Virus record (IMG/VR): IMGVR_UViG_3300021137_000001
Coordinates: 248,001-312,000 of that record
Reading direction: 5' to 3' (one strand)
Length of the DNA stretch: 64,000 bases
The notes beneath the pieces were generated by a model that searched no databases, was not told where the DNA came from, and worked only from the letters and a program-made list of their open reading frames with translations. Of the stretch, positions 49,447 to 59,185 are shown piece after piece. Numbering within the stretch: the stretch's first letter is position 1; each line of letters opens with the position of its first letter. Made by a program: the position numbers and the translations under genes.

Positions 49447-49824
49447 TTAGCGGGCAGTAAGTGTTCTACTTTGATTATCGAATCGAAGATTCATTAAATT
49501 AGTTTGATTCGTTTGTAAATATCGTAATTCAAGTTCAATTTGTATACCTGTTTCAAACTCTGTAATTACAATATTATCAATAGCAACCCGTGGATCGTAA
49601 CTAGCAATTGCTTTTACATCTGCTGCAATGGCACTTCTAAGCGATTCAGTAAATGGATCGTATAATACATTCCAGATAATAGTGCCAAAATTTGGATTCA
49701 TCAATTTCTCGCCCTTGCGAATTTGAAAGTGATTCATTAAGTCTTGTTTAACTAGCTCAAAGTCAGTTAGACGAAACTTTTTGTCGCGTCCAACAGTTGA
49801 GAAACCTTTATAGAATATAGCCAT
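49447..49824 (-). CDS. baseplate wedge subunit, gp25/GpW-like
   Basis: LVKQDL.N......GEK.MNP.FG..I...L, YDPRV. Confidence 0.88.
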   Translation of the reverse strand: MAIFYKGFSTVGRDKKFRLTDFELVKQDLMNHFQIRKGEKLMNPNFGTIIWNVLYDPFTESLRSAIAADVKAIASYDPRVAIDNIVITEFETGIQIELELRYLQTNQTNLMNLRFDNQSRTLTAR

Positions 49825-49832
49825 AATAATAT

Positions 49833-51968
49833 TTATCCTGCTCTAAGTGCTGCTACTTTTGGTGCCATAACTGCAACGGCATATTTTCCTTTTTGGAAGT
49901 AACTTTCGCCGGATGTGCCATTATTAATATCTGAACCAACTCCTGTACGTGCAAATGTATTTGCTCCACCGGCGCCTAACATATGAGCTGCCATTAGTAA
50001 TCCACCAATTTCTTCATTTGATGTAGAAGTTGTAATTGCTTTTTTAGATACTAATATGTTATAGTTAGATTTAGTAAAGTTAAAAATTGCCTGCTCTTGT
50101 ATTGCTGGAGTATTAAGAAACTTATCTCGACTTAGCCCGCCTAGCCACATTGCATCATTGCCCAAACTTGCAGTGCCTTTACAGTTACTACTAACAAAGC
50201 CAGCAGTTTGTAATGCAGCATAGCCCATCTGATACTTGCCTAAGAATCCGCATTGATTAATTGCCATATACCCTGCTTGTCCATTTTGTAAGCGTGGAGA
50301 ATATGACTGTGGTACTTTACAATCTACACTCATCGGAGTTGCACCACTACTTTCACTTTTGGCAATTTGCGCTAGCAAAGCAATTACTTCATCTTTGCTT
50401 AACGGTCCTATCACACCAAGTCCATCAGCATTAATTAATTGATCTCTAACATTCGTATCAGTTAGTGTACCCGACACTCCTTTTAACTTTTTATACGCCG
50501 GAGTAAAACTAGTATCTGGTGTGCCCGGTGGAGTTGATACCGGTGCTGTTTCTTCAGTAGCCCTACCTCCACGATTAAATGGTTCGTGAGTCGGTGCTAC
50601 AGATACAATGGTTGACAATTTTTCAGATTGAGTGTATAATCCAGTACTACTAAGCGCCACATCAGTTAAACTATTTGGAGTTATTGGTGTCGGTGCAGTA
50701 ACAGGTGCACCAGCAACTGAATTTTGAAGTATTGTTCCGTTTAGTACTAGTTTACCACTTGCATTTATCGATACCGTTGCTGCATCAATATTATATGCAC
50801 CACCCGATTTAAATTCTATTCCACTTGCGCCTACACTTAGTTTGCCAGTCGATAGTAGATTAATACCCGCCGCATTAATTTGTAATTTATTGCCTGCGTT
50901 TATGTTAATATTATTAGTTGCATTAAGATTGATATTAGTATCTGAATGAATATTAACAGTACCCTCACTTCTTACATTAAATCCAGCTTTTGAATATATA
51001 TGCACTTGCCCATCATTTGATAACTCGATCCAACTTGTTCCGTCACTGTGTGCAATATATAAAGTGTTTTGTATATCGTTCATCATTATCTGATGCCCAG
51101 TCGCAGTACGTAATCTAATTAACTGATCTTCGCCTGTTACACTTCCGTCATCCATGACAAATGTGTGACCTCCTCGACGAGTTGTGTATCTATAATCATC
51201 TTCAGTAAGCGTACCTGCATTTACTTTAGCTAGAAATGCTGCAGGATTATCGGCAGGATCATCATACGGGCGACCTGGGGTACTAATACCAAATACAGTA
51301 CTTGGACTTTCGCGTTGACTACTACTAGAAATTGTGCCGCGAGCAGTATCTCTATCTAGTCCTTGCTTTTTTAATATATCATATTGTGGTTCGTGAATTG
51401 GTTTAGGATTACTAAAAAAGTTTGACTTTTGAGCAATAATAGGATCATTTTCATTAAATTCAACTACCGGAGCATTTGTTCCAGGTTGATATGATTGTTT
51501 AGTTGCATCATTTGCTCCAGATAAATCAACATTGACGCTACTTGCCAATCCTGGTAACATAGTTCTGCTTATATGTGAGTTAACACACGCAATAAAGTAT
51601 CCACGCAATGGGTCGCCGCCAATAAACATTACAATAACTTCTATACCAACATCAGGCGGAACCATCCACATACCATATGTATGTGGTACATTTCTAAATT
51701 TGTTGTCAGTATTAGGTAATTTATTTGCTGTTTTTGCAATATCTGTTGTACCCATAAATGGGCTTGCATAACTTACAGTACGCCAATTTTGCGGTTCATC
51801 AGGATTACCACCAAAGTCCGGAATCCAAACTTGAAGCCTACCGCAGCGGGTTGGGTCAAGATTATTTTTTACAACCCCTATATACGGATGTGGGTCAACT
51901 CTGGTTGCAGCAGCTTCTTCTTTACGCAACTGTTTACTAACTTTATTACCGACTCTATGATCTAACAT
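49833..51968 (-). CDS. baseplate central spike (gp5/VgrG-like OB fold) with C-terminal lysozyme-like domain
   Basis: DP...GRLQVWIP, MWMVPPDVG..V.V.F..GD, GHTFVMDDG, RLRT..GHQI; C-terminal SES.G...N..G.LGKYQ. Confidence 0.8.
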   Translation of the reverse strand: MLDHRVGNKVSKQLRKEEAAATRVDPHPYIGVVKNNLDPTRCGRLQVWIPDFGGNPDEPQNWRTVSYASPFMGTTDIAKTANKLPNTDNKFRNVPHTYGMWMVPPDVGIEVIVMFIGGDPLRGYFIACVNSHISRTMLPGLASSVNVDLSGANDATKQSYQPGTNAPVVEFNENDPIIAQKSNFFSNPKPIHEPQYDILKKQGLDRDTARGTISSSSQRESPSTVFGISTPGRPYDDPADNPAAFLAKVNAGTLTEDDYRYTTRRGGHTFVMDDGSVTGEDQLIRLRTATGHQIMMNDIQNTLYIAHSDGTSWIELSNDGQVHIYSKAGFNVRSEGTVNIHSDTNINLNATNNININAGNKLQINAAGINLLSTGKLSVGASGIEFKSGGAYNIDAATVSINASGKLVLNGTILQNSVAGAPVTAPTPITPNSLTDVALSSTGLYTQSEKLSTIVSVAPTHEPFNRGGRATEETAPVSTPPGTPDTSFTPAYKKLKGVSGTLTDTNVRDQLINADGLGVIGPLSKDEVIALLAQIAKSESSGATPMSVDCKVPQSYSPRLQNGQAGYMAINQCGFLGKYQMGYAALQTAGFVSSNCKGTASLGNDAMWLGGLSRDKFLNTPAIQEQAIFNFTKSNYNILVSKKAITTSTSNEEIGGLLMAAHMLGAGGANTFARTGVGSDINNGTSGESYFQKGKYAVAVMAPKVAALRAG

Positions 51969-51987
51969 TATTTACTTCCTTATTTTA

Positions 51988-54900
51988 TTATGCCGCTCTT
52001 GAATATGCATCTAACGCATTAACATAAGTAGTCTGCGCGGCTTTGTTGGCTGTGTCTAATGAATTAAAATTTGACTGCGCAGCGGGTAACTGGGCTTGCA
52101 TTGCTGGCAGATCAGCTTGAAGTTGTGCCAAGTTTGTTGTTGCAGTTGCTTGGAGTCCTGCATTGATATTAGGATTAGTCAATTGAGTTTGATATCTTGC
52201 AATCCTCGACTGCGTATATTCAATATTACTTTGTAGTGTATTAAGTGAGTCTAACGCAGTATTTGCCGCTGCTTGTGCAGTATTTCTATCAGCAAGGGCC
52301 TGATCTGACAGGGCTTTTAGTGATAGTTTAGCATCACTCGGTGGAACCGGACTCGGCATGGCTATTGGTTCAGTAGTAGATGTAATTGCAGTTTCGGGTG
52401 CAGTAGAATCAACTTTAGCTAGTGCCTTTTCTTCTGCGGTTTGTGTCGGTGCTTCTTTGTCTACAGTCGGATTACTACCAGGTGCTTTATCGTCACCTGT
52501 TGTTTTAGCTGGCTGTGCAGTTGGCGGCGCATTAGTAGTATCAACAGGTGCAACAGCTCCTGCGACTTCAGTTCGCTCAACACTAACTGGTTTAGGTTTA
52601 TTCACATAATCGTACATCGTTTGTCGTGGTAAGCGTACTATGTTTAAGGTTTGTGTGAATTGTCCACCAGAAAATACACTATCGACAGTCAATACTTTAT
52701 ACATACCCGTAAATACACTTTGCTGATATTTTGATTCAAACTTCATTAACCCAGTTTCTTCGTCTATGTCTGACGGGGTTCTAAATGTTATTTGTATATA
52801 TACTTCGCCAGAATCCATTTCTAAGCTACCATTTGCAATAAGTCTTGAGTCAGGACCGGTATTGTCAACTTGTTCGGATGTTACTTCCATGTTAGGTGCA
52901 CGAAATACATCATCTTGTTTAATATATTGCGGATCGCCTATAATTTTCAATGTAACCCCAATCATATCTCCACTCCAACTAGAATACAATGATTGTTCAA
53001 CATCACTTGCAGCAATTTGATGTATACTCGTGTCGCCACCAGTGGCACGTGCCGCCGAGTTAGTAGTTTCGGGACGTTCTTTTTGTTTTTGTAACGCCGT
53101 CGGGTCTGCACTAGCACTATAATTTGCTGGATTATTTACTTGATCAGACGAATCAGTGGCGCCAGCAACTACTCCCATACTCCCTTTGTATGCGGTAGTT
53201 GCATTATAATACAATGCCTTAAATTCAACATTAAAGTCAAGTATATCATCATTTTTACCAGTATACCAATAATTGTGCTCTTTAACCGGAGATTCAATTA
53301 TGCCCTGAGGAGCAATTGATAATTTAGCATTATATATTTTATATGGAATTACATTGTATGTAATTGTTCTTGCCCATGTTCCTTTTATATCATCATAATC
53401 GCCTAATATTACAGATGGAACAATCTTAAACCATTTAAGCGGTTCGTTAAGTACTTTCTTCTTAGCATCGCCCCATTTTTTCATATCGCCAGCAAAATCC
53501 TCAGGTACCACTAGCTGATCCTGAATGTAATTACTGTTACGCATAACAAAGTTGATTACTTGATCGATACTAGTCCCAGTATTAATCGAAAATATTCTCG
53601 AATTATACGACATCGCCGCTGTTTCTGCACCAATATTACCTTTTCTAATATTTGCAGTGTCACGAACATTGCCCATCTGTGTATCTTTTGGACTTAATTT
53701 TTTCTCAAGTACAAGGGTCGAATTAGCGATATCAGGATGAAAATTAAATACATACTTGTCTGCATGTGTAATTTTATTTGTGTTAACCAATTCATCATTC
53801 CATGCGTTAATTGCACTTGCGTAAGATTTTACATCATATACTGGATCGTTTGCTATCGAATTAATACCAGCGGCACTTACTTTACTCATTAACGCAAGTC
53901 CAACAACTTCGTTTGTACCACCGTTTACAGTTAATGTTCCATTTGCTGCCTGAGTGTATGCTCCTGTTGCACCAACTACTTTTTCTCGTTCTGCGGCTAC
54001 ATCAGCAAATGATGTTTCTTTTTCATTGCCTTGAAACATTGATGCAACTGTACCTGCTGCAATTTCAAAGTGGGCAGGTGTCTGCACTGTTTGTACATCA
54101 TATGCAGAATGATTATATGCAGCGGCAGTTATATTATATTCGCTTCCTTTACTGGATGCTTTAATTTCCATTGTCAGAATACGAATCGGGATATGTTTAG
54201 TTTGTCCAGGAATAGCACCTATTATTTCTCCTGCATTATTAATTGCAAAGAAATCAATTTGCAACATATACGGTTGCTCTGTATAGTTTGGTGTTTTCAT
54301 TTCATCGGATGCACACATATCAATGATACGATTCAATAATGTCATTCCATATGGTTCCATTATGGAAAATGATATTTCAACTGCATTAGTCGCACGATTG
54401 TTATCATTCATACCAATGACTGTTTTCATATTAAGCTGTTCAAAGTAAAAATCTTCATTAAAAAATGAACTACGGACAAACTGGCTCGCGCCAACTGTGT
54501 TGTTGTATCTTCCTGCACTAGCAATAATCACCCGATTCGGAACATACGATTCTGGCTTTTTAACTATATCGTTATATTCTTTTTTTGTTAACATAGCAAG
54601 GCTAAGCCCGTATGTATATGAAGGGTAATCTAATAAAGGGTTAGGAATTGGTTTACTCTGATCAACTGTCGACTTTGGAGTAGTTTTTACTGCATCTGCA
54701 GCAGTTACTTCGGATGCCTTTGAAAAGTTTGGAGCAATGTCGTAATTATTAAGAGCTACTCCTGCACCTGCGGTATTAACTTTTAGATTAGTTTGCTCAC
54801 CGGCTGACAATGTGCTGTCTTCGGCTGGTGGTGCAGGAGGTGCCACAGTATTTTGTGTAGCAACTGTTGGTTCGGCCGTTGGCGGATCGTTTGCTACTTT

Positions 54901-55188
54901 ATTTGCTGCTGTATCCGATGTCACAACCGGTGCTTCTTGTAATTGCGTATTTAAGTCTGCGATTGCCAATCCTTGTCGACGCACAATATCAGAGGAATTT
55001 GCAATTTCTACTTGTAAATCTTCAGCATCTTGAAGTAAATTTGCTCGCATACTACTATTGCCGGGCGAGTTAGCTGCTATCACTTTTGCATCATACTGAC
55101 TTTGCAAACTTGCAAGAGTAGCTTGATTAGCTGAAAGATTTTGTTGAGCTATTGATATCTGTTGCTGTAATTGTGCTGCCGTTGCCAT
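51988..55188 (-). CDS. baseplate hub-like protein (gp27/VgrG-like) with coiled-coil termini
   Basis: Position; NPL..Y.SYTY, ISFSIMEPYG..L, LKIIGDP.YI, G.YKVL.V.S.FSGG.FTQ.L. Confidence 0.65.
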   Translation of the reverse strand: MATAAQLQQQISIAQQNLSANQATLASLQSQYDAKVIAANSPGNSSMRANLLQDAEDLQVEIANSSDIVRRQGLAIADLNTQLQEAPVVTSDTAANKVANDPPTAEPTVATQNTVAPPAPPAEDSTLSAGEQTNLKVNTAGAGVALNNYDIAPNFSKASEVTAADAVKTTPKSTVDQSKPIPNPLLDYPSYTYGLSLAMLTKKEYNDIVKKPESYVPNRVIIASAGRYNNTVGASQFVRSSFFNEDFYFEQLNMKTVIGMNDNNRATNAVEISFSIMEPYGMTLLNRIIDMCASDEMKTPNYTEQPYMLQIDFFAINNAGEIIGAIPGQTKHIPIRILTMEIKASSKGSEYNITAAAYNHSAYDVQTVQTPAHFEIAAGTVASMFQGNEKETSFADVAAEREKVVGATGAYTQAANGTLTVNGGTNEVVGLALMSKVSAAGINSIANDPVYDVKSYASAINAWNDELVNTNKITHADKYVFNFHPDIANSTLVLEKKLSPKDTQMGNVRDTANIRKGNIGAETAAMSYNSRIFSINTGTSIDQVINFVMRNSNYIQDQLVVPEDFAGDMKKWGDAKKKVLNEPLKWFKIVPSVILGDYDDIKGTWARTITYNVIPYKIYNAKLSIAPQGIIESPVKEHNYWYTGKNDDILDFNVEFKALYYNATTAYKGSMGVVAGATDSSDQVNNPANYSASADPTALQKQKERPETTNSAARATGGDTSIHQIAASDVEQSLYSSWSGDMIGVTLKIIGDPQYIKQDDVFRAPNMEVTSEQVDNTGPDSRLIANGSLEMDSGEVYIQITFRTPSDIDEETGLMKFESKYQQSVFTGMYKVLTVDSVFSGGQFTQTLNIVRLPRQTMYDYVNKPKPVSVERTEVAGAVAPVDTTNAPPTAQPAKTTGDDKAPGSNPTVDKEAPTQTAEEKALAKVDSTAPETAITSTTEPIAMPSPVPPSDAKLSLKALSDQALADRNTAQAAANTALDSLNTLQSNIEYTQSRIARYQTQLTNPNINAGLQATATTNLAQLQADLPAMQAQLPAAQSNFNSLDTANKAAQTTYVNALDAYSRAA

Positions 55189-55191
55189 TTA

Positions 55192-55497
55192 TTATAATCC
55201 TAATGCTGCGGTAATAGTTGCTTTTTTAGGAATATATATTGTTGTTCCCGGAACAAAATCAAATACTGGATCTTGTATTGTATTTGGATTACGCATGGCA
55301 AATACCCACCATAATGCACTATCACCATATAAGTCAAATGATAGCAGGTCTGGACGATATTTGTATATTGCGTCAATTTGATATACTACATCAGCCGGAT
55401 CAGCTGGAATATCCCTAAATGTTGTAATATCTAAAAAGAAACTGTAAGTCGATGTATCTGAATATGGACTAGTTTTACTGTATGTTACTGCGGCCAT
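55192..55497 (-). CDS. baseplate wedge gp53/LysM-like protein
   Basis: YRPDLLSFDLYGDSALWWVFA.RN ... PGTTIYIP. Confidence 0.85.
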   Translation of the reverse strand: MAAVTYSKTSPYSDTSTYSFFLDITTFRDIPADPADVVYQIDAIYKYRPDLLSFDLYGDSALWWVFAMRNPNTIQDPVFDFVPGTTIYIPKKATITAALGL

Positions 55498-56699
55498 TAT
55501 AGGAATCCTCCATAACCCAAATCTTTATCTTGTAGCAATCTACCTGCAGCAAACGAGTCAAGATTGAATCTATCATGCAGATTTTTACGACTGTATACTG
55601 GTTTTAATGTAATCGATATTGTACTTGTTGCAGGAACACGAGTCGATGTTGTTACTGATTTATATGCTGTTTTTGTTTTGTTTGCAACACTCATAGGAGT
55701 TTCGGGTGTAACTAATGATTCTGTTAACGTTGCTGTAGTAACTGGAATTTCTATATAATCTACCTCGTTAGGCAAAGTATGCGAAAAGTTACTAATTACA
55801 CACGGAATATGTGGGAAATAATGACTACCGTATCCATCTAAGAATACAATTGGTGGTGGGTTACCTGCATTAGCACCTTGTCCAAAAAACATTTTAGTGG
55901 CCGATCTAAAAAAGTATATTGCAGCAAGCAAGTATTTGCCCTCATCAATACCTTGAACTGTAAATTCACCAGAAATAGTAATATCGCTTACTTCACTGTT
56001 ATTATAGAATTGTTGCGGATAGTTACTATGAGTTGGAGTTGCTGGAGTGTAGTTTGCTACATGCGAAGTAGTAATGCTTGGTGTATAAGGGAAAATTACA
56101 CCGTTAGTATCTTTAAGTGGTGCCATAAGACTATTTGGATTAGGGCCAGTTTCTTTATAAAATATAGTCGACAGATCAGCTAAACTTATGCGAACTCTCC
56201 AATCATCGGATGCACCGGAGCTATCTCCTCCGGTTTGAGTTTGAAATGCAACTTGTGGTGCTGTCTTGGCATCACTTGCAGCTCCGCCATCCTTAAGTCC
56301 TGAAATTGCTTTACGTGCATCTGTTGATTCGTATGAGCCTGCATCTTTTGATGGATCATATCCGCCGTTAACTGATTCTTCTTGTCCGGGAATATATCCA
56401 CCACGTGTATCATATGTTCCAGCTAATGCACTGCCAGTTGTATAATCCTGACTAATTGCAGCCTGGCCGCCAATTGAATCAGTTCCTGTTAAATATGCAC
56501 TCGGGTTACTTGCATTGTATCCGCCACCACTACTTAATGCTTGCGCACCGTTATATCCGCCGGCAAAACTTGGCGCATACGCACCGGTATAGTTTTGCGG
56601 AGCATAAGGGTCGTAGCCACCATTGGTAGAATCAACTTGTCCGGGCACGTAACCACCTCTATTATCAAATATAGGTGCGTCTGTAGGATTTAGAGCCAT
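55497..56699 (-). CDS. tail tube initiator / baseplate-tube protein (gp48/gp54-like) with GGY-rich N-terminal extension
   Basis: GVIFPYTP.I, HSNY....Y, PPIVFL.GYG, PCVI.NFS..LP..VDYI; position next to LysM gene. Confidence 0.6.
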   Translation of the reverse strand: MALNPTDAPIFDNRGGYVPGQVDSTNGGYDPYAPQNYTGAYAPSFAGGYNGAQALSSGGGYNASNPSAYLTGTDSIGGQAAISQDYTTGSALAGTYDTRGGYIPGQEESVNGGYDPSKDAGSYESTDARKAISGLKDGGAASDAKTAPQVAFQTQTGGDSSGASDDWRVRISLADLSTIFYKETGPNPNSLMAPLKDTNGVIFPYTPSITTSHVANYTPATPTHSNYPQQFYNNSEVSDITISGEFTVQGIDEGKYLLAAIYFFRSATKMFFGQGANAGNPPPIVFLDGYGSHYFPHIPCVISNFSHTLPNEVDYIEIPVTTATLTESLVTPETPMSVANKTKTAYKSVTTSTRVPATSTISITLKPVYSRKNLHDRFNLDSFAAGRLLQDKDLGYGGFL

Positions 56700-56720
56700 A
56701 GTAAAACCTCTGTTATAGTG

Positions 56721-56726
56721 TATTTA
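56721..56726 (-). promoter_or_regulatory. late promoter TAAATA heading the structural operon
   Basis: TAAATA-CAC-TATAAC-AGAGG upstream of ATG 56699. Confidence 0.7.
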
Positions 56727-56771
56727 TTGTCGGAGAAATAGTAGCAGTTAAAGAATAACCAGATAAATAGG

Positions 56772-56800
56772 TTGTATAGCGCAATACTATATGTTATAAT
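56772..56800 (+). promoter_or_regulatory. sigma70-type promoter with extended -10
   Basis: TTGTAT (56772-77), 17-bp spacer, TG-n-TATAAT (56795-800). Confidence 0.75.
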
Positions 56801-56821
56801 AATTAAAAGGAATCTATTCAC

Positions 56822-56857
56822 ATCATAATAAGTAAAGTAAATTACCTAAATAGATAA
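56822..56857 (+). pseudogene. remnant 5' end of the gp55-like gene (..ISKVNYLNR*)
   Basis: Encodes KVNYLN, matching RVNYLN at the start of 57561; follows an orphan AAGGA. Confidence 0.6.
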
Positions 56858-56879
56858 ATATATAAAAGGTAATATAAAT

Positions 56880-57557
56880 ATGACAACTTATTATGTATAT
56901 GCATATATTCGTAGCAAAACTTCGCTAACTGCTAGCATCGGCACCCCGTATTATATAGGTAAAGGAATAGGGCAACGTGCGTTTACTAAACATAATTGTC
57001 CAGTTCCGATAGATAAAACAAATATTTTGTTTATTAAAGAAAATTTAACAGAAATTGACGCACATTTATTAGAAATACAGCTCATAGAACAATATGGGAG
57101 AAAAGATTTAGGCAACGGAATATTACATAATCAAACGAATGGCGGAGAAGGCATAAGCAATCCATCTAGCACTACTAGAGAAAAAATGGCGGCTGCTAAA
57201 AGAAATGAATCCGCTGATACTAGATTAAAACGATCAATTGCAGCAAAGAATAGAATCCGCACACCACTTAGCGATGAAACAAAACGTAAGATTAGCGAGG
57301 CTAATACAGGTAAAAAAAGAACAGACGATGCTAAATTAAAGCAGTCGGTTGCTAAGAAAGGTAGAACGTGGGAAGATATTTTTGGTATCGAAGAGGCAGC
57401 TAGAAGAAGGGATATACTTGCAAGTGACGAAGTTAAGTTAAAAATGAGTATAGCTGCGTGTAACAGAAGTGACGAAGGTGCCGCCAATATAGCTGAAGCA
57501 AATAGGAAAATTGGTATATTAAGAAAAGAAGCAAATAACAAATTAAAGGGTGTATAA
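56880..57557 (+). CDS. GIY-YIG homing endonuclease with NUMOD3-like repeats
   Basis: YYVYAY...PYYIGKG..R, E..LI..YGRKD, N.TNGGEG; SDETKRKIS repeats. Confidence 0.88.
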   Translation: MTTYYVYAYIRSKTSLTASIGTPYYIGKGIGQRAFTKHNCPVPIDKTNILFIKENLTEIDAHLLEIQLIEQYGRKDLGNGILHNQTNGGEGISNPSSTTREKMAAAKRNESADTRLKRSIAAKNRIRTPLSDETKRKISEANTGKKRTDDAKLKQSVAKKGRTWEDIFGIEEAARRRDILASDEVKLKMSIAACNRSDEGAANIAEANRKIGILRKEANNKLKGV

Positions 57558-57560
57558 TAT

Positions 57561-58460
57561 ATGGCAAGACGTGTGAACTATTTGAATAATAAAGACATTT
57601 TAAAAGAAATCGCTAAAAGTAAATTAACATATTGTAGTTTCATTAATAAAGATGTAACTATGTACGATGCTATTGTATTAAACGTAAGTGCAATTACTAA
57701 AAAATCCGTAGCAGAAGCCAGAGCAACAAGAGCAACAAGGCTTGCTAAAGAAGCACAAGAAGCTGAATTATTGCTCGGTAACAAACGCAAGTTAGATGAA
57801 TTTGCAATCCCAGTAGAAAATATCCCAGTAACAGACATTGTATTCCGTGTTATGACATGGGAACATATACCAATCGACGAAGTTAAACAGAAAAAATCCG
57901 ACGCTAAAGCACAAGAAGCGTACGACGAAGATTTGTTCGAAACTGAATACGATGAGCCTGCACCAGTTGTTAAAGTCAAAGGTGCTGTTAAGTACGTTAA
58001 ACTAAACTTTCCTCCTTTCTTTCATTATTCAGTAACCGAAGACTTAACTCCAATTGTTGTTGGTAAGAGTCACTGGAAAGGCGACTTTGAAACTGGCGGT
58101 TTTGTTAAAGATCATGGTAGCATGACGGCTAAGTTAGCTCATATGTTTGTTAAACTATGTGAACGCTATGCTACACGTAGTAACTGGCGTGGTTATACAT
58201 ACAATGACGAGATGCGTAGCCAAGCATTACTTCAATTAAGTCAAATTGGGCTACAGTTTGACGAAAGTAAATCAGACAATCCATTTGCTTATTATACAGC
58301 CGCAATTACAAACAGCTTTACTCGTGTATTAAACATCGAAAAGCGCAATCAAAATATTCGTGATGACATTTTAGAGATGAACAACTACGCACCAAGCTAT
58401 ACTCGACAGAATCAAGGCGGTAACTGGGGCGGTGGTGGTGGACACGGAGCCGACGAATAA
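57561..58460 (+). CDS. 55: late-transcription sigma factor, T4 gp55-like
   Basis: VNYLNNKD.L, NWRGYTY.DEM, FDESKSDNPFAYYT...NSF.R....EK; synteny with gp47/gp46. Confidence 0.9.
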   Translation: MARRVNYLNNKDILKEIAKSKLTYCSFINKDVTMYDAIVLNVSAITKKSVAEARATRATRLAKEAQEAELLLGNKRKLDEFAIPVENIPVTDIVFRVMTWEHIPIDEVKQKKSDAKAQEAYDEDLFETEYDEPAPVVKVKGAVKYVKLNFPPFFHYSVTEDLTPIVVGKSHWKGDFETGGFVKDHGSMTAKLAHMFVKLCERYATRSNWRGYTYNDEMRSQALLQLSQIGLQFDESKSDNPFAYYTAAITNSFTRVLNIEKRNQNIRDDILEMNNYAPSYTRQNQGGNWGGGGGHGADE

Positions 58461-58473
58461 CCGCAAATTATTT

Positions 58474-58525
58474 TATCTGCCAGTCGCCCATAACTAAATA
58501 CATTTACAGGGGATTGGCAGATATG
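58474..58525 (+). promoter_or_regulatory. late promoter inside SD/ATG-sequestering hairpin
   Basis: TATCTGCCAGTC-g-CCC pairs with GGG-GATTGGCAGATA; TAAATA at 58495-500 in the loop; ATG at 58523. Confidence 0.8.
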
Positions 58526-59185
58526 AAATACAAAAAAGATTACTATGGTTATGTATATGAATGGATAAATTCCACTAATAATATGAAATATATCGGATCG
58601 CATTACGGAGCAGTCGATGATTATTATAAAGGATCCGGCAAAGATTTTATGGTAGCATATAAAAATAACCCACAACACTTTACTATGAGAGTATTAGAAT
58701 ATGTTTCTGAAAACAATAAAAAATTAGTATTAGAAACAGAAAAAAAATGGCTTGATACAGTAGTAAATATTAAAGATGATCCAACATATTATAATCTCAA
58801 TAATGATGCGACAGGCGGATTTGGGTATTTAGATGAATCTCATATCGTTAAACGAGCAGAAACATTAAAGAAGAAACACGCTATCCACGGATTAAGTACC
58901 GAAGAAATACAATCATATAAGCAAAAAATACAAACCAGACTCGATAGAATAGCAACTACTGGGTTTACCGATAAAGAAAAAGAACAACATGCAAAATACG
59001 GAATTAAATTACAAGTCACCTTACCCTCAGGAGAAGTACGAATATATAATTCCATCGGGGCTGCCGAACGTGAGTTAAAACTTAACATTAAGTATGGATT
59101 AAAAATATGTGCCAAAAAACTTGACTTCAAAGGGTACATTCTAGTAAAATTAAATGAACCACTAATCGATTGTAGGAAAAAATGA
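58523..59185 (+). CDS. GIY-YIG (Seg-like) homing endonuclease
   Basis: GYVYEW.N..N.MKYIGSH, Y.GSG, E..WL, YYNLNN.A.GG; start moved to ATG 58523. Confidence 0.85.
   Translation: MKYKKDYYGYVYEWINSTNNMKYIGSHYGAVDDYYKGSGKDFMVAYKNNPQHFTMRVLEYVSENNKKLVLETEKKWLDTVVNIKDDPTYYNLNNDATGGFGYLDESHIVKRAETLKKKHAIHGLSTEEIQSYKQKIQTRLDRIATTGFTDKEKEQHAKYGIKLQVTLPSGEVRIYNSIGAAERELKLNIKYGLKICAKKLDFKGYILVKLNEPLIDCRKK

Noticed and set aside
58461-58480. Remnant gp47 start (AAA TTA TTT versus AAT TTA TTC) upstream of the Seg-like HEG
   Set aside because: Match is too short and AT-rich, with no start codon or SD
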